This document shows positions 16,908 through 24,187 of a stretch of DNA of 26,478 nucleotides, in pieces; the stretch's first letter is position 1, and every line of letters starts with the position of its first letter. The stretch is from positions 1 through 26,478 of the IMG/VR virus record IMGVR_UViG_3300033485_000072, one strand, 5' to 3'. The DNA comes from a virus. Taxonomy: Duplodnaviria; Caudoviricetes. The position numbers were made by a program, and so were the translations under genes. Below the pieces are notes generated by a model, which was not told the DNA's origin, did no database searches, and saw only the letters and a list, made by a program, of their open reading frames with translations.

Positions 16908-17380
16908 GATTTCTCCTCCTCGTCCCACAGCTTGCTCAGCCGCTGCAGCTCGGTGTGGATCGTCTCCATCAGACTTGGACCGGTCCGCAGGGTGAACAGC
17001 TTGGCCGCATTCGGGTTCTCGTCGTAGTACCCCTGGGTGAACCAGCCGTCCCGGTCGTACCACTTCGGAGGCACCTCCCACGACTCGGCCCACTCGTACC
17101 GGACCATCGGGACGCCGCGCTTCTGGACGCCGACTCGGATGGCGATCCAGCGCATCAGCGCGTGGGCGTACTCGTCATCGCCCACCGACGGCTTGTAGTC
17201 GATGACCACATAGCCGGCGTGCCGGTCGTAGCCCCGGGCTTTCCCGTCCATCGGTTCGGTGGAGTAGTCGGCATCGTGCCCGGCGATCTCGCTGAAGTGC
17301 CGGTAGTGCTTGGCGAAGAAGGCCAGGACCTTCGCCTTCAGCTCGGGAGAGCGCGGACGGCAGGCGATCGAGTAGCCCAT
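16904..17380 (-). CDS. Hypothetical protein (158 aa)
   Basis: Co-oriented ORF with normal amino-acid composition, coupled to its neighbours. Confidence 0.6.
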   Translation of the reverse strand: MGYSIACRPRSPELKAKVLAFFAKHYRHFSEIAGHDADYSTEPMDGKARGYDRHAGYVVIDYKPSVGDDEYAHALMRWIAIRVGVQKRGVPMVRYEWAESWEVPPKWYDRDGWFTQGYYDENPNAAKLFTLRTGPSLMETIHTELQRLSKLWDEEEKS

Positions 17381-17383
17381 GGC

Positions 17384-17608
17384 CTACCGACTTCCCAGGA
17401 GCCACTCGGTCAGTGCCTTCTCGGCCTCGTCCACTGTCGGGTATCCCCGGAGCGGACTCAGGTTCCGGAGGCGCGCCCATTCCTGAGCGTCGACATCATC
17501 GTTCCGGAATTTGGTGCTAATCTGGATCCGAACGCTCTTCTCTACCTGCCGGCCGGCCAGATACTCGGCCAAGGCCCGGATGAACCGCGTCTTCGTCTCC
17601 GTATCCAT
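17384..17608 (-). CDS. Hypothetical protein (74 aa)
   Basis: Start MDTETK with SD AGGAGG, after a CCCTGCG element. Confidence 0.6.
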   Translation of the reverse strand: MDTETKTRFIRALAEYLAGRQVEKSVRIQISTKFRNDDVDAQEWARLRNLSPLRGYPTVDEAEKALTEWLLGSR

Positions 17609-17623
17609 CTCGGGCCTCCTCTC

Positions 17624-17647
17624 ACCATAGCGGAGGGCGGCGCAGGG
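17624..17647 (-). promoter_or_regulatory. CCCTGCG-N11-TATGGT element
   Basis: Copy of the dispersed motif; CCCTCC arm complementary to GGAGG. Confidence 0.55.
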
Positions 17648-17661
17648 AGACACCCCTCTCC

Positions 17662-20010
17662 CTACGCCGTCACCGCCTGAGCGTCCTGCCGGGCCTTCTC
17701 GCCCCGCAGGATGCGCCCGAACGCCGGATAGAAGTGCGTCAGAAGGTCGTTCACGTCGTTGTAGACCACCGTCCGCTTGTGGAAAGCCTTGGGGGCATCG
17801 GTGCAGATGCCGATCCCGATGGTCTCGATCCCCGCGCCCTCGATCCGCTCCACGGCCCACTTGCAGTGTGCCACGATCTTCTGCTGGTTGTCGCCCCCGC
17901 AGCCGCACGGCTGACCGTCGCAGATGTCGATCAGCATCTTGCGCTCTTCGGGTCGCTGCGCCAGCCGGTTCGCCGCCCACATGAGCGGCTCGCCCTGGAT
18001 CGTGCTGGCCCCGCCGCCCCACGTCGCAGAGGCGAAGCACTTGCCCAGCATCGACCGGGGGTTGGTGTCGCTGAACTCCTTTATGACCACCAGCCGAAGC
18101 GGGGTCGTCCGGTCGAGCCCCTGACAACTGGCCGGGGTGCGCCCGTAGGAGTTGCCGGTGGTGAAGCCCAGCACCTCGAAAGGCACGTCGAGCCGGGTCA
18201 GCGTCTCGGCCAGAATGTACGCCATCTGCCCGCACAGGAACTGCGGCGTCCCGCTCATGGACCCGCTCATGTCCATCAGAAGGGTCACGGCCAGATTCAA
18301 CTCGGGCCGCGCCAGCTTCCGCTTGAAGACCCGCTTGTCGTCCACGCCGACCCGGGAGAGCCGGGTGTCGTCCACCGTGCCCCGGTCGCGGTCCTTGACC
18401 CAGATGCGCCGCCGGGTGCGGAGGTCCATCATCAGCTTCTGCTGGAGGACGCCGATCTTCGACTTGACGTTGGCCTTGAAATCGTCGGCCGACATCTCGA
18501 TGTTCTTCGGCGCACCACCCTCGATCAGATAGACGTGCTTCCGACCCATCTCGGGCCGGATCTCTTCGATCTTGTCATTCTCGGTGTAGGCCCGGTACGA
18601 ATCGAGGTCGCCGGGGTCGTGGGCGAGCTTCTCGATAAGCTCGCTCTCGGCCTGTCCGACACCCTTGAACCCGTTCAACATGTCCGCGCCCGCCTTCTCG
18701 GCATCCTCGGGCGACGTGCCGCCGCCGGGGCCGCCCTGAGCCGGAAGCTGCGGCTTGCCCGACTCGTCGGACTCGTCGCCACCCTTGCCCTTGCCGCCCT
18801 TCCCGCCCTCGTCCTTCTCGTCGCCCTCGCCGTTCTCGTCGGACTCGTCGCCGTCGTCGCCCTCGCCGTCGCCCTCGTCCTTCTCGTCCTTCCCGCCCTT
18901 GCCCTTCGACTTGCCGTCCTTGCCGTCCTTGCCGTCCTTGTTCTCGTCACCATCGTCCGACTCGCTGTCCTCGCCGTCCTCGTCGCCGTCCTCGTCACCA
19001 TCGCCCGAATCGCCGTCGTCGGACTCGTCGTCGCCCGACCCATCGGCGTCGTCCTCGTCGCCCTTGCCCTTCGACGGCTTGTTCTTGCCCTTGCCGCCCT
19101 TGTCGCCCTTGCCCTTGTCGCCCTTGCCGTCCTTCTCGTCGCCGTCGTCCTTCTCGTCGCCCTCGTCCTCGTCGGACTCGTCCTCGTCGGACTCGTCGCC
19201 CTCGGCGTCGTCCTGCTCGTCCTCGTCGCCCTTGCTCTGCTTGGGCGGCTTGCCCTTCGACTTGCCACCCTTCCCGCTCTTGCTCTTCCGGCCCTTGCTC
19301 GGCTCGCCGTCCGACTCCTGCTCATCGTCGGAGTCGCCGTCCTGCGGCTCGCCTGAGCCCGACCCATCGCCCGAATTGGGCATGTTCTGCTGCAGCCACG
19401 CCACCACGGCATCCCGGGCGCGCTTGGACACGTCGATCATCTGGTCCCAGGCCCGCATGCCCTGCACCTCGGGAATGAACTTGACGAGGACATCGCGGAC
19501 CAGCTTCTCCATCATCATTCCCTGGAGCGGGTCGAGCTTCGCGGACCACTTGACGAGCGCCGGCTCCAGATCGCCGTGGCCGTGCCCCACCTCGTAGAGG
19601 ACGTGGAGCGCCGACTTGAGGAAGTTGTCGTCCACCAGCTTCGGCTCGATGATCTTGTAGCCCTCGCGGCGGTCGTCGCGGGTGCCGATGTACTTCTCGC
19701 CCATCAGCTTGTCGGAGCGGCAGTCCTCGATCAGGAAGGCCAGCTCTTTCCAGATCGGGTCCTTGACCAGCTTGGGGGGCCACGGCCTCGACTCGGCCAC
19801 CACGTGGCCGACCTCATGGACGTTGGAGGACCGGAGGACCACCTCGTCGTCCCGCTCGACCTTCTCGGGCAGCGGGGGGAGCCGCATGACCTTGTTCACC
19901 ACGTCGATCATGGGGCCGGCGGGCGAATTGAACCGAACCCGCACCTTCATCGCGGCCAGGGCGGTCGCGATCTTCTCCTGAGTGCTCATCAGCATCATCC
20001 GTCGGTTCAT
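17662..20010 (-). CDS. cobT: CobT-like protein: HExxH peptidase-like domain, long D/E/G/K linker, C-terminal vWA (782 aa)
   Basis: Start MNRRMM with SD GGAGG; VHEVGH..LIEDCR; MIDAS DMSGS, EVLGFTT, ICDGQP; follows the CobS-like ATPase. Confidence 0.8.
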   Translation of the reverse strand: MNRRMMLMSTQEKIATALAAMKVRVRFNSPAGPMIDVVNKVMRLPPLPEKVERDDEVVLRSSNVHEVGHVVAESRPWPPKLVKDPIWKELAFLIEDCRSDKLMGEKYIGTRDDRREGYKIIEPKLVDDNFLKSALHVLYEVGHGHGDLEPALVKWSAKLDPLQGMMMEKLVRDVLVKFIPEVQGMRAWDQMIDVSKRARDAVVAWLQQNMPNSGDGSGSGEPQDGDSDDEQESDGEPSKGRKSKSGKGGKSKGKPPKQSKGDEDEQDDAEGDESDEDESDEDEGDEKDDGDEKDGKGDKGKGDKGGKGKNKPSKGKGDEDDADGSGDDESDDGDSGDGDEDGDEDGEDSESDDGDENKDGKDGKDGKSKGKGGKDEKDEGDGEGDDGDESDENGEGDEKDEGGKGGKGKGGDESDESGKPQLPAQGGPGGGTSPEDAEKAGADMLNGFKGVGQAESELIEKLAHDPGDLDSYRAYTENDKIEEIRPEMGRKHVYLIEGGAPKNIEMSADDFKANVKSKIGVLQQKLMMDLRTRRRIWVKDRDRGTVDDTRLSRVGVDDKRVFKRKLARPELNLAVTLLMDMSGSMSGTPQFLCGQMAYILAETLTRLDVPFEVLGFTTGNSYGRTPASCQGLDRTTPLRLVVIKEFSDTNPRSMLGKCFASATWGGGASTIQGEPLMWAANRLAQRPEERKMLIDICDGQPCGCGGDNQQKIVAHCKWAVERIEGAGIETIGIGICTDAPKAFHKRTVVYNDVNDLLTHFYPAFGRILRGEKARQDAQAVTA
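18710..19383 (-). repeat. Low-complexity coding region (DES/DED acidic blocks alternating with KGK/KDG blocks)
   Basis: Degenerate trinucleotide and 9-mer repeats such as (CTTGCCGTC)x3 near 18910. Confidence 0.8.
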
Positions 20011-20027
20011 CGCTTGTTCCTCCCTCC

Positions 20028-20086
20028 AACCTAGGGGAGAGGGGCGCAGGGTGGGGACCGTACCCCTGCGCCCCTCGGGATAGGTT
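20028..20086. promoter_or_regulatory. Inverted pair of CCCTGCG..TAGGTT elements forming a 13-bp stem (20039-20051/20064-20076)
   Basis: Minus strand CCCTGCG-N11-TAGGTT; plus strand CCCTGCG-N10-TAGGTT. Confidence 0.6.
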
Positions 20087-21263
20087 AGATGGAATTGGGG
20101 TCGATGCCGAGAGCCGACCCGAACACCGCGTGCGCCACCTCGACCAGCACCTTCTTGTCCTCCGGGCCGATCTTGGCGAGGCAGGAGCGCCGGAAGGCCC
20201 GGCCCAGGTCCATGCTGTGCGTCACCAGAGACGCCCAATCGAGCAGCTTGCGGGTGGAGAAGGTCGAGGCCAGCCGGTCGGCCTTGAGTGCGTCCCGCGC
20301 CCCGGTCGCCACCTCGATCATCTTCTCGGCGGTCCGCTTGTGGACGCCGGTCCGCTTGACCAGCACCTTGACCTCTTCCTCCTTCGGCATGTACCACAGC
20401 TCCACCACCGCGCCGTAGCGGTCGAGGTAAGCCTCGTTCTGGACGTGGGTTCCGGCCCACATGCCGCTGTCGTCGCCGCGCCCGATGGTGTTGCCGGTCG
20501 CCAGGACGCAGAATCCCGGCTCGGGGTTGACGAACTCGCTGCCCTTCTTCGTCAGGCACAGCGGCTGGCGCATGAGGACCGAGTGGAAGACGAACTGCAC
20601 GTCGGGGGGAGCCGAGTCGGCCTCATCGATGATGAGCGGCACGCCCTTCCGCATGGCGGTGGGCAGGACGCCCTCGGTGAAGACCGTGGCCCCGCTGACC
20701 AGATCCTTCACCCCCACGATGTCGTCCACCGACACCTCGCCGTGGAAGCTGACGACGATGGGCTTCACGCCCCGCTTCTCGCACAGCCGGATCAGCATGG
20801 ACGACTTGCCCGACCCCGCCGGGCCGACCACGAAGACGTTCATCCCGGCGTCGATGGCGATGTTCACGTCATCGGCCTCGGGCGGCATCCAGAAGTAGTT
20901 GGGATCGAGGGACCAGTCGTCCTTCGGCTGCGCCGGGGCCGCGCCCGCCGCGCCCGCCGGGGCGTTCTCGTCGTCCTTGTCGAGGTCGTCGGCATCCGAG
21001 TCGGCCAGGGTCGTCTGGCCGAAGTTGGCCGTCTTGTAGACGTAGAGGAACTGCGTCCGGTAGGAGCAGCCGATCCCCGCCTTGGCCAGGAGGTTCTTCA
21101 CCCGGGGGCGGCGCAGCACCCGCTGCAGCTCGCTCTCATCGATCCCGGTGGCCTTCGCGGCGTCGGACTGCGCCACCCACTCCGACTGCTTGGCGGTCGG
21201 GAGGGCCTTGATCTTCCCCTCCAAGAACCGCACCAGCGCCAGCGCCTCGCTCTTCAGACCCAT
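20085..21263 (-). CDS. cobS: CobS-like MoxR-family AAA+ ATPase with N-terminal HTH-like extension (392 aa)
   Basis: VVGPAGSGKS, LIIDEAD, LATGNT, NEAYLDRY, FSTRKL. Confidence 0.85.
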   Translation of the reverse strand: MGLKSEALALVRFLEGKIKALPTAKQSEWVAQSDAAKATGIDESELQRVLRRPRVKNLLAKAGIGCSYRTQFLYVYKTANFGQTTLADSDADDLDKDDENAPAGAAGAAPAQPKDDWSLDPNYFWMPPEADDVNIAIDAGMNVFVVGPAGSGKSSMLIRLCEKRGVKPIVVSFHGEVSVDDIVGVKDLVSGATVFTEGVLPTAMRKGVPLIIDEADSAPPDVQFVFHSVLMRQPLCLTKKGSEFVNPEPGFCVLATGNTIGRGDDSGMWAGTHVQNEAYLDRYGAVVELWYMPKEEEVKVLVKRTGVHKRTAEKMIEVATGARDALKADRLASTFSTRKLLDWASLVTHSMDLGRAFRRSCLAKIGPEDKKVLVEVAHAVFGSALGIDPNSI

Positions 21264-21308
21264 CTTCGGCCCCCTCTCGTATTCCCTATCCCTTTTCCCT
21301 GAGTCTCC

Positions 21309-21333
21309 ACCCTACCCGGAGAGCACCGCAGGG
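21309..21333 (-). promoter_or_regulatory. CCCTGCG-N12-TAGGGT element upstream of the cobS-like gene
   Basis: Copy of the dispersed motif; TCTCC/GGAGA stem. Confidence 0.55.
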
Positions 21334-21334
21334 G

Positions 21335-21550
21335 TCACGCCACGATGGACGTCACGCCGCTCGGCTTCCCGTCCGGCGTATACCTCTGGATGCGGAACCG
21401 GAATGATGCCGTGACCTTCTCCAAGAGCTGGCTCAGAGCGAACTTGGCCATATCCTCGGAGTGATAGACCTCCTTGTCGCACGGGGTGAACTCGTTCCTT
21501 CCCGTATCGACCATGATCACCCACAGGTCCGTCTTCTTCGGCTTCGCCAT
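21335..21550 (-). CDS. Hypothetical protein (71 aa)
   Basis: SD GGAGG; flanked by two CCCTGCG elements. Confidence 0.6.
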   Translation of the reverse strand: MAKPKKTDLWVIMVDTGRNEFTPCDKEVYHSEDMAKFALSQLLEKVTASFRFRIQRYTPDGKPSGVTSIVA

Positions 21551-21562
21551 TCTTTGCCCTCC

Positions 21563-21588
21563 ATACTACTACGGAGCGCGCCGCAGGG
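21563..21588 (-). promoter_or_regulatory. CCCTGCG-N10-TAGTAGTAT element
   Basis: Copy of the dispersed motif; CTCC/GGAG stem. Confidence 0.55.
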
Positions 21589-21598
21589 CGCTGACAAA

Positions 21599-22540
21599 TC
21601 ATCTGTCCAGAATCACCCGGTACCGCTTCCCATCGACCTGGGACTCGCTCGGGCCGATCCACATGGATCCGATCACGATGGTCTTGCCCCTCATGGCGGT
21701 GTAGCGGTCGGACCGGAAGGTCCGGAGATGCGCCCGCCGTTCATGCGGCCGGCGGTGCAGACCGGTCGGATCGGACAGGCGCATGCGCTGCCGGATCTCC
21801 CGGGGGCGCAGGATGGTGTACTTCGGCCGCTCGTGGGACCGGACGATCCGGCCCGCCGTCCGGGACTTCGCCCGGCGCACGTAGGACTCGGGGATCTCTT
21901 CCAAGATGAAGCGGTCGGGGGAGTTGAAGAACATGACTTCCTGGATCGCCGCGCCCGCATTGCGGATGGCCGAGTCTCCGGTGGACTTGACGTCTTCGGC
22001 GGTCATCTGCGGGAACCGCATCTGCGCCGGAATCAGCACCTCGTCCTCAAGGGACGCGAAGTAGGTCACCTCGACCGTGGCGTCGTACCAGAACCCCTGC
22101 TTCTCGTCGTCGGGGTTCTTCACGCCCGGGATGATCTTGTTGAACATGCCGATGGTGATGCCGCAGGCCCCGGGCGGGAAGAGCGGCGCGGCCCTTGCCA
22201 TGAGGGCCTCCATCTCCGGCCCCTTCGGACCCTGCCCGAACTCGTCCAGATCCACCCCGGTGAGCTTGAGGCACTCCAAGAAGCGCCTGGGCTTGTCGAG
22301 GCCGCGCTGGCCCTTCTCGATGTCCTCCAGCAGGACGACGGAAGCCGTGTCCTCCACGGCGATCGATCGGAAGGGCAGGAAGAAGTTCTCGTTGTCGAAG
22401 TCGATCTCCCGCTCTTCCAAGGACTTCGGGAGGATCTCGTGCGAGCGCCCGGGGAAGATGAAGAGCCTCGACCGCTCGACCCACTCGGTCAGCCTCGGCG
22501 AAGTCTTCTCGACGATCTTGGCCAGCAGGTCGAAGAACAT
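21599..22540 (-). CDS. Phage protein with C-terminal PHxRRxHxR motif (313 aa)
   Basis: Start MFFDLL with SD GGGAGG; RRPHERRAHLRTFR..IVIGSMWIG basic C-terminal motif. Confidence 0.7.
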   Translation of the reverse strand: MFFDLLAKIVEKTSPRLTEWVERSRLFIFPGRSHEILPKSLEEREIDFDNENFFLPFRSIAVEDTASVVLLEDIEKGQRGLDKPRRFLECLKLTGVDLDEFGQGPKGPEMEALMARAAPLFPPGACGITIGMFNKIIPGVKNPDDEKQGFWYDATVEVTYFASLEDEVLIPAQMRFPQMTAEDVKSTGDSAIRNAGAAIQEVMFFNSPDRFILEEIPESYVRRAKSRTAGRIVRSHERPKYTILRPREIRQRMRLSDPTGLHRRPHERRAHLRTFRSDRYTAMRGKTIVIGSMWIGPSESQVDGKRYRVILDR

Positions 22541-22549
22541 GCGCCCTCC

Positions 22550-22573
22550 CATCTACTGGGGGGCACCGCAGGG
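22550..22573 (-). promoter_or_regulatory. CCCTGCG-N11-TAGATG element
   Basis: Copy of the dispersed motif; GTGCCC-CCCA pairs with TGGG-A-GGGCGC over the SD. Confidence 0.55.
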
Positions 22574-22696
22574 TCGCGCACGGAGGAGAGGCGAACGGCT
22601 ATGGCATCGGAGCAGCGCACGGCGTTCTGTGGCGGCCCGGAAACGGGAAGCCGCTAAAGACTCTCCCGCGAAAAAATGTACACGCGGAGATGGCTG

Positions 22697-22736
22697 CCAA
22701 AGAGAACGCCCCGGCGGAGGCATTCCGCCGGGGCGT
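22697..22736 (-). terminator. Rho-independent terminator closing the tail/lysis transcript
   Basis: 13-bp GC stem ACGCCCCGGCGGA/TCCGCCGGGGCGT (22706-22736), followed by TCTCTTT on the minus strand, 17 nt after the stop. Confidence 0.75.
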
Positions 22737-22753
22737 GTAGAGTGGAGGTACGG

Positions 22754-23248
22754 CTACTTCTTCATGTGGTCGACGGCGTAGCGCAGCGAGGACTCCAGGA
22801 ACTGTTGGCCCAGCTTCCTCACCACGTCGATTCCCTCCTGCGCGAACTCGGACTTGAGCTGGTCGATGGCAGCCTGTCCGAGCTTGTGCAGCTCGTCCTT
22901 CGTGATCGCCCCCTTGGTTTGCAGCTCCTTGAGCTGCTTGTTGGCGATGTTGGACGCGATCCTGGCGAGAGCCTGTTCAGCCTGACCCTTGAGGCTGGAG
23001 TTGGCTTCCGCCTTCACCTTGGCCGCCCAGCTATTCACGAGCGTCACGCCGACGCTCGCCAGGGCGACCAGGACGGCCGACAGGATCATCTCCAGCACGC
23101 CCTTCCAGGTGAGCGGCTGGGAGATCGAGATCGACTGGTCGGCTGCCACGGCCGCGACCGGAGCGGCCTCCTCGGCGAGCGCCGACATCCCGAACGACGT
23201 GGCCAGCACGACCCCCACGATGACCCACGGCAGCCAGACCTTCCCCAC
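22754..23248 (-). CDS. Holin-like membrane protein (signal/TM plus TM plus helical tail; LL-H-like topology, 164 aa)
   Basis: GTG start with SD GGGAGGG; hydrophobic VWLPWVIVGVVLATSFGMSALA and VLEMILSAVLVALASVGVTLV. Confidence 0.5.
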   Translation of the reverse strand: MGKVWLPWVIVGVVLATSFGMSALAEEAAPVAAVAADQSISISQPLTWKGVLEMILSAVLVALASVGVTLVNSWAAKVKAEANSSLKGQAEQALARIASNIANKQLKELQTKGAITKDELHKLGQAAIDQLKSEFAQEGIDVVRKLGQQFLESSLRYAVDHMKK

Positions 23249-23262
23249 GATGCCCTCCCTCT

Positions 23263-23700
23263 CTAGATGGCGCGCTTCAGGATCTCCAGGAGCGTCAGCC
23301 CCACCTTCTTCGCGCCTGACCTGATCTTCTCGACCTTCTTCTCGGCGTTGATGGCCTGATTGGTGGCGGCGATCAGGCCGTCCGGATCCTTCGGCTTTCC
23401 GTCCTCGCCGACCATCGACACGATGTCGGGGATCGAACGGTCCTCGACCTTCGCGAGCTTCTCCTGGAGCACCTCGATCGCCGACTTCGCGATCGACAGC
23501 GGGCTGAGCTTCAACGCGTTGATCGCAGTCTGGATGACCTCCTTCTTCTTGCCGCTCATGGAGGCCAGGAGCAGGTCGAGTGCGACACTCTTGGCGTCGG
23601 ACTTCACGACCTCGGAATGCTTCGTGGTCTTCACGATGAGGAACAGCCCGATCAAGGCGATAACGGGCCAGTATTCCTAGAGCACCAAGTTCCAGTCCAC
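23263..23700 (-). CDS. Single-TM holin-like protein interrupted by in-frame TAG at codon 8 (readthrough candidate or pseudogene)
   Basis: AAGGAGG-N5-GTG at 23700 gives MDWNLVL*EYWPVIALIGLFLIV, in frame with ORF 23263-23655. Confidence 0.55.
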
Positions 23701-23748
23701 GATCGCCTCCTTCGGGGACCGCGTGAAAAGAGTACACGCGGAGGTGAA

Positions 23749-24093
23749 CTACTTGCCCTTCGGCAGCTCCTTGGGGGACCCGATCAGGTCAGCCAGGCTG
23801 GAGGTCGAGATCGAGAGCGCCTGCGCGCGCTCGAACAGTTCGGTCATCTGCTTGATCTTGTCCTTGTCGAGCGAGAACTGCATCCGCTCCTCCAGGGACA
23901 TCGACGGCTCGCGAGCCTCCTTGGCCTCCTTCTCGGCGACCATCTGGTGCAGCTTCGCGTGGAGCAGGTTGTAGGTCTGCTCTTCCTGGGCCTTCGTGCT
24001 GATGGCGATCTTCCGGGCGAGGATCCTGGTCTCGTAGGCTGGGAGGCAGCCTCCGGCGACCAGCGCGGCCAGGACCACGATCAGGATCTTCAT
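23749..24093 (-). CDS. Predicted lipoprotein (spanin- or exclusion-like, 114 aa)
   Basis: MKILIVVLAALVAGG-C type II signal peptide; SD GGAGGG. Confidence 0.65.
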   Translation of the reverse strand: MKILIVVLAALVAGGCLPAYETRILARKIAISTKAQEEQTYNLLHAKLHQMVAEKEAKEAREPSMSLEERMQFSLDKDKIKQMTELFERAQALSISTSSLADLIGSPKELPKGK

Positions 24094-24187
24094 GCTTCCC
24101 TCCACGAGAGCGTACCCCGTCTTCCAGACCAGTCCACACCTAATCGGGAAGAAATCTCCATAGACGATCTTAGGTCAGCCAAAGATC

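Noticed and set aside
18710-19383. Repeat tract as a CRISPR array or VNTR
   Set aside because: No constant repeat with unique spacers; it is degenerate codon-level repetition.
18675-19597. R/T/A-rich and S/P-rich ORFs over the CobT linker
   Set aside because: Alternate-frame and antisense readings of the low-complexity linker.
20011-20559. N-terminal extensions in the ORF track (965-aa CobT; also the 383-aa Cas4-like, 499-aa DnaB, 349-aa primase, 327-aa holin-like and 400-aa HxH calls)
   Set aside because: They overlap upstream genes in another frame; better starts with SD or stop-start coupling lie downstream.
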